NCBI GenBank assembly: GCA_010093605.1
Contig: MU004189.1
Span: forward strand, 1,867,834-1,931,833
DNA from: Lophium mytilinum
Lineage: Eukaryota
Direction: 5' to 3'
DNA: 64,000 bases
Every line of letters begins with the position of its first letter. Position 1 is the stretch's first letter. The notes under the pieces are model-generated. The model saw only the letters and a list, made by a program, of their open reading frames with translations. It did no database searches and was not told where the DNA came from. This document shows, one piece after another, positions 37,301 to 50,130 of the stretch. The position numbers and the translations under genes were made by a program.

Positions 37301-38839
37301 ATATCTCACATCAGAGACACCACTGGCGACGGTCTGTTGGAGCGCAGATTGACCCAACTGCGCACACTGACTTGTGCATGCCAAGCGATGTCAGTTTCCA
37401 GAGTCTCCCCAGGCCCCCCCGGCGCTGGAATGGATGCAGCAAGAGTACCAGCAACAGCCCAGGGAGGCCCGCTCTGCCAGAATTCAGGACTCAGAAACCT
37501 CCTTGAACAGCCCTGAAGCTGTGGTGCGTGCTGGCGGCGTGGGTGGACGTTAGCCTCGTTGGGGCAGGTCGCGGTCTCAGGCAGCATGGGCGCCACGTCC
37601 CTGGGGAGACGCAGAATCTCAGGCAGGCCGCCTAGTTGCGTCACAGCACAATACAAGAAGGCGAGAGTGCAGCGGGAAACCGTCGAGAGGGCGCAGGGCG
37701 GCGTCGAATGGTGGTGCCGCCACGGGCTGTGATGAGAAAGAAACAACGAGGCCGCTCGGCTAAGCGTCCCACCACGGCAAAGTCTGGGAGACAGCTTGGA
37801 CGTCGGGGACATGCAGACGGGGACTCGGGGGCGTTTGAGATGCGCAGGCGTGGTGCCCAGCGACGCACTCGGGGCGTTGGGTGCAGGCCAGCCGAAAATC
37901 GAGGGCCCGTCCAGTCGTCCAATAGTGCATCAGAGCCCGCTCGAGCAGCCCTCTCCTCTCATCCAAGGCCAGTTATCTTGCCGATTTGCTTCTTCTCTCT
38001 CTGCCCGCCTCCCCTCCCCCAAACCAGACACCTCCCCCACGCAGCCCGCTCGTCCCGACTCCCACGCCGCTGAAGGAGCTGTTGCAGCGATACTGCTTGC
38101 ACTGACGATATCCGCGCCGGGCGCACTGCTCAGCTAAAGGCTCTTCACGTGGAAACACGTGCCAGAAAGCGATCCGCACGCCTGAGAGCCCTCCTTCGGG
38201 CCATCCACCACCGCTCCACCACCTCAACTCTCCAACACCACAGTCTACCCGTCTCACTCCACTCCGCTCATTGACGCCAGTCGCCTCTGCTGCTCGACCT
38301 CATCCTTCTCCTCTGGCCTTGTACTTTTGTTGCTGCTGGTCCGCCCCGCTTTCCCGTCACTTCTCAGTCCTGCTTGGTGCATTGCGTCCTGTGCTACCTT
38401 CCGTCTCGTCTCGTCGAGCCGGTTCCCGCTTTTCCCACAGTCCTACGTGGAACTCAGATCGATCCTGAGTCGACTGCGTCTTGCTGCACGCCGCCGTTGC
38501 AGCACGCGCACCTTGTGCTCTCTCTGCCACACACGTTTTGGACGACCGCCACGTACTGCCTGCCTTCGTGTTTTGCATCATCCATTTCGCCCATCGCCGG
38601 CCAGCTGGCAGTCTGAGAAGGCCTGATCAGCTGCTCTTCGTACCCGTGCAAGGTCGCCTGTAACTACGTGGCCGTGGGATCTTGCTGCGGCTTGCGTCAC
38701 CTCAGCTATTTGTGTCGGTCGATCCGCCCATATTCTCGGTGCTGGCCCATCAGTTCAACACCTTTCCCAGACATCTGGTTCGCATATTCCCCACGACTCG
38801 AAACCAGAGTAGTAGCCTCCGGACGAACAGCTCTCCATC

Positions 38840-39641
38840 ATGGCGGGGAAAATGACTTTGTACAAGCTGGTGGTGCTCGGGGACGGTGGCGTCGGGAAGA
38901 CAGCTTTGACCATCCAGGTGGGTCCCTCCACACCCGTCAAAGGTCAACCGCTAATTGTACTTATAGCTATGCCTAAATCACTTCGTTGAAACATATGACC
39001 CGACCATCGAGGACTCGTACCGCAAGCAAGTGCAGATTGATACCCAGTCATGCATGCTGGAAGTGCTCGACACCGCAGGTCAAGAAGAATACATTGCGCT
39101 GAGAGATCAGTGGATACGGGACGGCGAGGGCTTTGTGCTGGTCTATAGCATCTCGTCTCGGTCGTCTTTTGCACGCATTCAGAAATTTCACCATCAAATT
39201 CAGCGAGTCAAGGAATCATCGCTATCCGGATCACCAACCTACCCCGGTTCGCCGTTGAGCGCATCGTCGAACGGCTCTGCTTTCGGCCCAGCACCAGTCA
39301 TGCTCGTAGGTAACAAGTGCGACAGGGTGACAGAGCGCGAAGTATCAACCCAGGAAGGCAGCGCACTTGCTCGCGAGCTAGGATGCGACTTTGTGGAAGC
39401 TTCTGCAAAGAATTGCGTGAACGTTGAGAAGGCATTTTACGATGTCGTCCGGCAACTGAGGCGGCAACGACAACAGTCATATGGCCAGGGCCACAAGTCA
39501 TCACGGGCAGACAAATCGGACAGGAAAACTCGAGGAGATGGTTATGGTAATCGCGACGCAAACAGATACCGGACCACACGCGCCGGTGGCTCACGGGGGA
39601 AGCTTGGGAGTGAGAAAAACACAAAGTGTGTGATTCTTTGA
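38840..39641 (+). CDS. RAS2: Ras2/RasB small GTPase
   Basis: YKLVVLGDGGVGKTALTIQ|LCLNHFVETYDPTIEDSY, DTAGQEE, NKCD, EASAK and CaaX CVIL; intron 38918-38966. Confidence 0.96.
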
Positions 39642-42600
39642 GCGACTGGGTCACCAGGCTGCGACAATTCAACTCCAAAGTGTAGAGTCGCCCTCAAGGG
39701 CAATCATCGGCTTTACTCTTCTGCACGCCGCTCCATTCTGAACAGCAGCACCGTCGTCGCTCTTGGCCCCCAGCCTCATCCACAGTCCTTACTCTACAAT
39801 TTCTGGTGCCCGAGCTCTCGCCCTCCTCAATCTACTGAGGCCTACATTCTTTCTGGTCGAGGACAACACGAACCCCCGGCTCGTTTCCATTTGAGTGAGC
39901 GAGCGAGGCGGCCACATAACGGGTTACACGGCCAGGCTGTCACTCACCGGTGGTCAGCGACGTATCGATAGATTACGGATGCACGCATGGTGGCGTTAGA
40001 CTACTTTAGGCAGAGCTGCAACTCTGGCCCTTTTGCATGATGAGGAAGGCGTTATGGGTGTTGGGAACATGTTCACGGAATTCATGGGCTTCTAGGTAGT
40101 CCTTTGGAACTGTACAGAGCTTGGAGCTAGGCGGGGGCGTGAATAGGTGCATGATGGTGGTATCTTGGGTTCTCTGGTCTTGGCAAAGGCCTGCTCTGGA
40201 GTTTCTCTCTGTTCCATCTTTCATTCCGTCCAAAAGTATCATGCCACATAGGAAAGCGTTTCTAAATCTGGTGCCACGACTTGGGCCGCAGCACAGATAC
40301 GGTTGTCGAATCTATTTCCAATATTCCTGCACACTTGGATTCTGACCGGGACTTCTTTTGATCACGGCAATACCCGGATAGGAAAACTTTGGAGGGCCGT
40401 TGGAAAACGTTTCCTTGGCATTATTTCGATTTCTGGAGGTGTAACATTCACCCTGTCTTTTTGAAATTCAATTCCTCCGCAATCCAATTGTGCATGTCCG
40501 ACGTTGTGCGACCTTCGGCTTGTTCAGTTTCTTTTTTCACCGTAAGTCTGCTAGGCCTGCAAGCGTATCGTTAGCGAGATCGGCTGTGGAGCTACTGCTT
40601 GTATCTCCCCATTTCTCACCTCATTCTTAAAAAGATGAGTCTGGATGCGGGCCAGACTCCCGCCGGCACCACGATGATCTGCATCCGTCAGCAACCACCG
40701 AGGTGCAGCATTAGGTGGGCCATGCGAGGTGTGGCTCCAGTGCCATGTATCTTTCTCAGGCGCCGAACCGTCCTGCTGGGACACCGTCTGCGGGTTCCGA
40801 CAGCTCAAAACGCGCATCGGAAAGCTACAACCTCAAGTCCTCCAATCCAGCAGCTTCCAAAAAACAAAAACTGCTGCTGCGCTGTCCACCCGCCGCTACA
40901 ATTCGTTACCCTTCTCAAAAGACAAGCAGGGCACTGCATGGCGCATTCAATGTGGCAAATGCTGATGCGATGGCGTTGGGTTCCTGCCTTGAATTCACTG
41001 TAGTCAAGCAGTGCGTCATCCCGCTGCCCTCAGCCTTGTTGCACGCTCGTGCCGCCAAAACCATATGCAGGCACACGCACCTGCTCGCGTCGTGGCCATA
41101 TAATCAGTCCTGAGTGGCCACTTTAATATAGCTCGATACCACGACGTTTCGGCATTTACTTTGTTTTTCTTCCTCATCAATCGCACCCAGATCAAATCGG
41201 CCGTAATCCACGTCGCCCTGCATCGAACACGCATCGCAGGAACATGCCGAACTCAAGCAGGGGAACCTTGGGCGTGTGCTCAGGTACGTGGAAGTACCTT
41301 GCATTAGCATGACTTGTCAAGGCCAGTTCTGCCGGCCGTCCGGGTATAGCAACTCAACCCACAGCCCAACCTCTTCATGGTTGCGATGCACGTGTCTGCT
41401 GTTCACTGGAGCGTGAATATGCCGGTGTTTCCGCGGAGCTTACGGCGGGATATGCAGCGGGCCGAGGAGACGGCCGCTATGCAAGACGTTTAAGGCCATA
41501 TGCACTTCGTGGCGGTGCCTGACTGGTGTGCCTGGTGCCGAGAGCCGTGTTCCTAGATCCTAGGATCTCGGGTGTCGGGCGAAACCGAGGATGAAGGAAG
41601 ACGTGGGTGGAGTGAGAATCGGGCGTCGGCATGCTGGGCTTGCTGACGCATTTTGATATGAATTGGCAGGGCGAAGTCATTCCAAATTGAGTTCGAAGAC
41701 TTGGCGGGGATACCCATATAATTCGAATATATCTTTTAGGGCTGCAGCTTGGGCCATCTACGCCTCACTTTGATAGCTCAACGGGCCTTTTAGCTTAGGA
41801 GACGGACGCTTGTACTTACGAAACTTAAGCTAATTCTGTTACCTGACTGGAGGCTGTGAAGATCATTTTAGTTGTGGAGTCGTCATCTTTATCATATATG
41901 GGCTCTTCATGGACCAATCATGTGCATACCGTACTTTATACATTTACAGCACACTATTAGTCTGCCTTATTGAATAGGCAGATATGGACCTGCTATTCGG
42001 ACCAATATGGCAAAGCTATTCTCAAGACGCTGACTGCATGGCCGACCCTCATTATTTCGATAGTCTATATTCCGAGAAAGACCGTCGTCTCTCATAGTCC
42101 CAATCCGGAAACTTGTCACGCGCGCTCTAGTCCATTCAATCCTGCTCCGAACCCATCCACTAGCACGAGCAACCTTGAACCTCAGAAGATCATCGACTCA
42201 CTACCTCCATCACATGTTTGCCCGAGAATGAACCAACGTCCCCGCCATTGCCATCAAGTAAAAGCATCTCCCAATCCTGCATCTCGCGGCCTCCGCAACC
42301 CTATCCGGCCATTGTAGAAAACCTTCAAAAGTGGGACCTTGCAGAAAACTCATGTTCCCTTTCCGTGCCACAACTTGAAGATCACATGGAAACACTTTCC
42401 GTTACCCCCCATCTTCGCCATGGGACACAAGACGGAATCCTTCTGTAATCTGACCTCTTGCGCATCCCCCACCTACTCCACTCCCTCAGGCCCAGGTTCG
42501 TGTTCATAGGTACTCCTAAGGCCAAGGACTAATGTAAGCAGTCAGCACTGCAGGTCACCACTAGTCATATCGGCTTTTGATCTTGATTCAGCAACGCTAC

Positions 42601-44296
42601 TCGACTGCTTCTAGTAAGTCAGCTACTTTCTGCCCCAAATCTGCATCTCAGATTCCAAATAGCCTAAAGGGCACTGCGGGAATTCTGCAATGATGACAGC
42701 GGCTGAAGGTACATGTACATGTACATTAGCGAACCAAATCCGCCGCTGTCAGACCGCAACGGGAGGGCGCCATGAAATCCTTCCTCAGAATCAACCACCT
42801 CCCATCCACTCCCATCCAACCAAACACCAACCTCCAAGCGTCCTAACTACACGCCGTACACCTGCATATCTGCCAACTTGTCCTACCCGGTCCCCGTCTC
42901 CCTTTCCTCGCTAAGTAAGCCACCCACCTAGCACACCGCATCCCTCCCAACCTCACCGTTCCGCTCGAACTAGCTTCCTCAGCACCACCACCACGCAGCA
43001 GAGTCAGCGCCGGCCCCGATCTACAAAGATCGCCGGCCCGAGGCATGTCCCCAGTCGAAATGCACGCCAGGAACCCTGGCCTCGCTCGTTGATGTGGCAC
43101 ATGTAGTGTACAGTAGCACAGTAAGTACCTTCGGCAAAGCTTGATGCCCTGAACTGCCTTGCCTTGCTATGCCAGACACCGCCTCTTCCCCCTTCGCGCC
43201 TCGCAGCTCCCCATCGAGCACACACCAACCCCCTCCTGCATGTACCTACCTCCCCGCCCCGGCCCTCTCACGCCGCTAATTGGCCCCGCGCGCGCCTGCA
43301 TCGGGTCGTCGGCGGCAGAACCAGGATCGCGGGCTCGCGGGAAGAACTCGACCAGAGATTCGACGGCTCGTGGTCTATGCTCGTTGCTCGTGGTTTGTGC
43401 TTGTGCTCGTTGCTTCCCCGGCGATCGGCAATATCTGCATATCTCGAAAGACAATTCTCGCTCCCCCGGCCCTCCCTTTTGTATACCGTAGAGATGTCGG
43501 GTTCTCGGCTTGTGCGCCGCCGCCGCCGTGTGGTTATGCACATCTCGGTTCCTCGTAGGATTTGAGGCGTGGTGGGGTATGGATCCTCTCGTGTTCGGAG
43601 TAGTGGTGTGATGTGAGCTGTTTGGCTGGTCTAGCTGCCTATCCATCCATTCACCGATCAGACAATATGCCGATTGCGGGGCAGGAAAGGGGGGGAGGCG
43701 GGCTGTGGGGCCACCACCGCCATCGCCGGCGGGGAATTTATTCCATTATCACGGGGTATGTGTTATTTGCTAAAGGCTTGAGATTAGGCTTTCAGAGATC
43801 GAGGTGGTGCGTAGGGCTGGGCTACCCACACACGTACCCCCAGGTTGGGGGTTATCAGATTAGGGGGTTGATAAGGTTGGCAGCCGGATCCGCGGTGTGT
43901 GTGTTGGGGAGATAGATAGCTGCGGATTTTGAGACGAGGCGAGAGGCTTTGATGAAACGGGGGCTGTTGGTTTCTGATACGGGGTTGGAGGGGCTTGGCG
44001 TGTTTGGAGATTTGAATGTTGGCGGGGAGTTTTGGGATTTGTCGGGCTGGGTGAGGATGGTGGGGGATGAAACGGGGGATTTGCGTGATCGGCTGGGGTT
44101 AGTGGGTTGGTTTGGGGGTCTGATTGTACGCACACGTGATGGAGTCGAGGAAAAGCTTCAGCATTGACGGTAAGTTACTGATAATGAGAGAGTTATGCTG
44201 ATATGAGTAAGTGGGAGCCACATCTATATGGTCACTTCGGTCCAAAATATGGTGCTGAAAACACTCGCATTTTGAGATGCAAAAGCTAGGACGCTC

Positions 44297-44530
44297 TATA
44301 TCAGGCCATGGATTTAGGGCAAGTTTACAGTGTGTTAAGATGTACTAACCAGAGCCAGTCCGTGCGATTTGCACTCGGTTTCGACATATTATTGTCGGAG
44401 GCCGTAAATCAGGTCAGTAGATGGAGGTATCATTACAATGTGTTGAGACATATGAACGAAAGCCAGTCTGTGCGATTTGCACCCATTTTTGATATACTGT
44501 TGCCGAACACTATAGATCGGACCATAGCTC
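44297..44530. repeat. Diverged tandem repeat, 108-bp unit (~2.2 copies)
   Basis: Units start at 44297, 44405 and 44513; shared AGCCAGTCYGTGCGATTTGCAC core; differences mostly transitions. Confidence 0.75.
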
Positions 44531-44707
44531 TGGATCGGCGTCCTCCAGACAGCAACTTAGACTATGGAATCAGGAGAGATCATAGTGCTGCTGAGATGTA
44601 TAAACGGGCGATACTCCGCCGAAAGTGCTTTACCCTGGAAGCATTTGCCCTGTTACTGGTTGAGTCTCCGAAGCGGAATACGCGGCGATGCGTAATCTAA
44701 ATCAACA

Positions 44708-47170
44708 TCAAGCCCTCTCCTTCACAAGCGCTCTAACCCTCTTCCTTTCCTCCATATCCATAACCCACGCAACACCACTTTCCTTCCCAGGTTCTTCATG
44801 CACAACCTCTTCCCACTCATCCTCCTCCATATTCATGATCATCGTCATCTGCGTACACTTGACAAACGAGTCGCGAAGCCCGTACTTTCCGCCTGCAACG
44901 GCCGCGCTCACGATGCCAGCGATGTCGCGTTCCAAACGAACTGCGCCTAATTCGTTGATGCGGCCGTAGTAACTTCGAATGCGCTTCTCTAAAGCGCCGC
45001 TTAGGTGTCTATCCATGGCATATGTGAGCAGGCGGTCAAAGTTGGCGGGCGTCAAAATGCGCTTGATAGGGCGGATCAAGGCGCCCCAGCCGCGGTCGAA
45101 TCGTGATTTTACTACATCAGCATCGTCGCCGTCGGGGGTCTCGTCTTCATTTCGGTTGTCTTGAAGATTTTCTCCAGCACTCGGTGCGTAGTCGATATCG
45201 CGGAATGCCTCGGCGAGGATGGGTCGGATGCGAGGCTTGAGAACCTGGTGGAATGTAACTTGAATGCTGTCATGGAGGAGTTCGCCGGCCTTGAGGGAGA
45301 AAGTCTGCTCCATGGACCGGAGCGTGTGCTCAACGAATGTCGCGTCGTGACCAAAGGGGAAAAGGTCATCCAGCGGGGAACTCGACTTTTCGGCGGAGTT
45401 ATCTGCAGGACCTTGAGAGGACCCTACCTGTTGGTCTACAATTCGCTTGATATAGTCTATTGCGATGTCAACATTGTTGGCTAGTATAAGAAAAGCTATC
45501 ACTTTATCCTCCGGGGGCAGAGCGCCTTGTATCACAGCCTTTGGGTAGCTTTCATCTCGCATTTTTCGCTGGATCATGCCCACAAAGTCGGACCCTAGAA
45601 CGCGTCCAATAGTAGGCACGACGCTAGCGACGACTGAGCGTTGAGAAGTAGCCAGAGTTCGCTGCAAGACTTGATTGACGATGTACATAACATCGTCCAC
45701 GGCCGATGTGATGAACGGTGGATTCGACCCTAGAGGCTTGTTCGGGTTCAGGTTGAGATCGGAGGGAGATTCATCGAGCTGGAAAGCCTTCTCAACAGAA
45801 CGTCGGAAGAAGAAAGTCGTCATGATATTGAAGGGCTCTACGAGATGGGTGGACACCTTTTTGTAGAGATTGCTAGTCGAGAGAAAGGGGGGTATTTTGA
45901 GGCCATGTGGGTCACTGCCAGGCGTGATGTCGGATGCAGGAGTCTAAAGAAATGAGCACACATCGGCTGTCGTGTTGAATAGTAGTACACTTACAGCACA
46001 TTTCGAGGCAAGGAATCGAGAGTAAAGAGCCCAGCGCCCTAGCATCAGTGCTGTTTCGCCTAGAATGCTATCGACTTCTTTCATATCTACACCCTCATCT
46101 TCGCTCGAGCGACCGGCAGCATTTGCAGGTGAATTAGACCGAGGGGTTCCTGCGGATGGCTTGGGCGCAGGCAGAAAACTCTGCACAAGGAACGAGAAAG
46201 CGTACGATTTGATGTCAGTCAGCTTCCTATCGATTATCTTCTCATCGTGCCAGGTATCAAGAACAATGCCGCCCTGGATGTCTGCTTCAATCTGGAGCCG
46301 CTCAATGACTTTTACCATCATTCCAGTTCCGTAGTGGCGCTCTACTAGGGGCTCATGGCCGTCGACTATCTGAGCAATGTGCTCGAATAACTTTGTTAGT
46401 GTGTTCCCGTAGAAGTAGCCTTCTCTTCTTTGTGCAGCGCTGCCAGAGTTCAAGTTCGTCCGGGCTCTTGACGCTACTCCATGGCAGACATAACGGCCAT
46501 AGGCATCGAGACCTACATCAGATCTCCCAATCAAAGGAAACAGCTTGAAGAACCTGGTGACTCTAGCACCGTCTGCCTCATTGGCCGCTTTTTCGAATTC
46601 ACGCAGGAAGAGGCCACATAGAGATTCTGCAGCAGCGTCTAGGGTGACACGCGGAGGGTCGGGCACCTCTGCAGTGGGAACTATTTCTTCGGCAAAACTG
46701 CCATTGATGACTTCTGGAGGGATCTTGGAGGCTCGACTCAGGTACCCGGCGGCAGTCTCCCAGTCCTGGGGAGCCCCCATTGAGCCATTGACGCCAAGAA
46801 CACACGACTTCAGCTCGGCCACCTGCTCGACGACTTCCAGCGTGGCCTTGACGTTGGATTGCTCGTGGTCGAGGCGCTTCACAGCACCAGAGATGCGGTT
46901 GGCGGTCGAGGCAGCATCAGAGAGCATGCCATTGCTAATGGCCCTGGTGTTGACGGCCTGGGCACCGAGGTGAGCGCGCAGCAGGTCGAGGCGGCCGAGC
47001 TCGCGCGACAGGTCCTTCTGCGACGCGATCAAATTGTTGAGGCGCTCGGCGACAGAGGCCTCCTGGCGCGTGAGGTGGGCCAACGTCTGGTGGATATCGG
47101 CGATGGAGCTGGCGGCGAAGATGTCGGAGCCATGGTGGCGGGTGTCAGGGTCAATCGCGGCGGGAGCCAT
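44708..47170 (-). CDS. COG4: Conserved oligomeric Golgi complex subunit 4
   Basis: RELGRLDLLRAHLG, RFFKLFPLIGR, FFFRRSVEKAFQLDE, SAVDDVMYIV and NELGAVRLERDI; one intron ~45994-45945 joins the two long ORFs. Confidence 0.92.
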
Positions 47171-48015
47171 TGACGTTGAAGGTGGGCGGCTGCGCGAGGG
47201 ATTGGCTCTCTGTGCCCGGCGTCTGTTTGATGGCGATGGTGTCTGTTTCTTTACTCCCGCTGGCCTCCCGCCGTCGAAGCGGCGTACGTATCAATTCTTG
47301 GCTGACGCGCAACTTCGAGGTCTGCATCCCTGGCGCAGGGGCCGAACGTTGCACTGTTTCCTCGTAGCAACCAGTCGAGCACACAGGCCCTTGGCCATCC
47401 TGGAACACTCTCCCTCCGAGTAATCAAATCCTGTTCTGCCTCTTTCGCCCCAATATCTCCACCTCACACCCTCGCTGCTGCATCGACTGTGCCCTTTTCG
47501 CCTCCTGCACCTCTATCGCCGCCAACACCCGCCTGCATACTGCTGCGCCTCGTCCCCGCGACAGCCCCCACGAGTCTCGACCACCACGACTTACGAGCCC
47601 TTCTGAGCTGACACCAGCCGGAAGCAGCGGTGCATTCGAATTGCCTCCTCCTGTATCCTCTGCCTCGCCATCCTCTGCGCTCCTCCAGCTCGATTTCTCT
47701 GCCGTAAACACCAACACCGCTGTTGCCAGGTCTATACATTCCCAAAACAAGTTCCAACCTAATCTACAAAGCTTGGCTGGCGTTACCCATATACGCCACC
47801 TCGCACTCCTCTTTTCAGCTGAAGCCTTGCCAATTTCCACTCATGCCTCCGCCGCGGTTGGCCCTTTCTTGATTGCATTCTATCCGTCTTTGTCACTCGC
47901 TTTACGGTTACATTAAGCTTTTCTCGACCTTCCATCTAGATCCGAACCCCCTCTCCCTTAGACTCGAGCCTTGCCGATCCTCCTCCTCCTCCGAGCGCCC
48001 AACGCTCTCCCCACA

Positions 48016-50130
48016 ATGGAGACCACGGCGCACCTAGTCGCCCTGGCTGCGCGGGCATCTGACAGCGCTCCGCGGCCCCCCGTCTACAAAGTCATAGGAT
48101 TAATACTAGCCGTATGCTCTGGCCTGTTCATCGGTGTATCTTTTGTGCTGAAGAAGATGGGCCTGTTGAAAGCAAATGTCAAATACAATGAGGAGGCAGG
48201 AGAGGGCTATGGATATCTCAAGAACGCCTGGTGGTGGTCTGGCATGACGTTGATGATAATCGGAGAGTTGTGCAATTTCGCTGCGTACGCCTTCGTGGAT
48301 GCCATATTGGTCACACCTCTCGGAGCCTTGTCGGTCGTGGTCACGACCATACTGTCCGCCATATTTCTGAAAGAGCGCCTGAGTTTCGTAGGCAAGGTTG
48401 GCTGTTTCAACTGCATCATTGGGTCCGTCGTCATCGTTGTCAACGCCCCGGAAGAGTCGGCAGTCTCCGACATCCAGGACATGAAGAAGCTTGTCATTAC
48501 TCCGGGATTTCTAAGCTATGCCGGAGTTGTTATCGTGGCGTGCGTCATAATAGCCTTATGGCTGGGACCGAAATACGGGAAGAAGTCTATGATGGTATAT
48601 CTTAGCATCTGCAGTCTTATTGGAGGCTTGAGCGTTGTGGCCACCCAAGGGCTTGGGGCTGCTATTGTTGCGCAAGCTGGCGGGAAAGCCCAGTTCAACC
48701 AGTGGTTCATCTACGTCCTCCTTGTGTTTGTGATTTCAACCCTGGTCACGGAAATCATATTTCTGAACGTAGGTCCTTCATATCTCTCTTATCTTGTCAA
48801 CACCTTGCTAAATATAAAATAGAAAGCACTGAATCTGTTCAATGCTGCCCTTGTTACCCCAACATACTACGTCTTTTTCACCAGCTCAACCATAGTCACC
48901 TCGGCGGTCTTATTCCAGGGCTTCCATGGCACGGCAGCGAGTATCTCTACCGTAATCATGGGGTTCCTACAGATCTGCGCCGGAGTTGTATTACTCCAAC
49001 TCTCCAAGTCTGCCAAAGATGTCCCTGACGCGGCTGTCTTCAAGGGTGATCTTGATCAAGTCCGAACTGTTGCCGAGCAAGAAGAGCCTGAGTATGAGCC
49101 CAGAGCTGACACTATCCGTGGAGGAGGCGCTCTTCTTCGCTCATTCTCAGTGGCGAGACAAGAGAAACAAGTCAAGGAGGCCAAGAAAATTCAAGAAGAC
49201 CGCATGGCGCCAATTGGTGAAAACGAACAAGTTGAATGGGACGGGCTGAGGAGACGCAAGACCGTTCTTGAGCCCGGACAATCACCTTTGCAGCGCCGGA
49301 AGACTATCCATCCGCCTTTGGGCATGTCCCAGTTCCCCCACGACAACGAGTCTGTTATGAGTGACGAAGACGACGTTCATCCCGGTTTCTTCACCCGGTT
49401 ACGATCTAAGGGGAAATCTTCATCGCATCAGCCTATATCTCCTCTTCCACTGGAGGGTTTACATTTCCCTAAGGATGAGGACCGCACCCCAGGGTCCGCC
49501 GATATTGCGGCTCCTATAGCCCACACGTATGGACTACCAGCCGGGTTGCAAAGAGACATGCAGCAAGACACCAGCTACAAGCCACATGAACCAGCAATTC
49601 ATTGGGCTCCTGTTGTTCAGGAGGACCAAGGAAAATCAAAGGATAGCTTAGCTCCTCCAAAACCACCTCCACATACTGCCAAAAGACAATTCTCCTTCCA
49701 GAACGTCTTTCATCGAACTAGGGCGGAAAGCGTCGGAGAAGGAAGTGGGTCAGCTCGACCTGCATCTAGAGGCGCATTGAGTTTCTCGTCCAGAAGGTCT
49801 GGCAGCAAGGACCATACGCCACGCACGGATGGGACGACAGAGGAGGAACGCCTTGGTCTGGTCAAGGGCGACTCTCAGAATTTACTCGGCGTTCCAGACT
49901 ATGGTGGTTCGCCACCAGACTACTCAGACACAGAAGAAGGTTTCGCAGACCTAAGAGGCCATCGGCTAGAAACTGTACCATCGGGGGCAAGTTTACCACA
50001 ATTTGCGTTCGACCCACGACCACGCACACAAAAGAAAGACGACGACACTGACGATGATGACCGATATGACGACACACACGGCAAAGACATTGAGAAGAGT
50101 GGACGTCGGAGTCCAGGAGCGTTCATGTAA
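48016..50130 (+). CDS. NIPA-family (DUF803) Mg2+ transporter with long disordered C-terminus
   Basis: GYLKNAWWWSGMTLMIIGELCNFAAYAFVDAILVTPLGALSV; multiple TM helices; intron 48769-48822; KALNLFNAALVTPTYYV. Confidence 0.93.

Noticed and set aside
34368..37812. Many 100-270 aa GC-rich ORFs on both strands upstream of Ras2
   Set aside because: Overlapping, Arg/Ser/Cys-rich, mostly non-ATG starts and no codon bias; consistent with chance ORFs in GC-rich regulatory DNA
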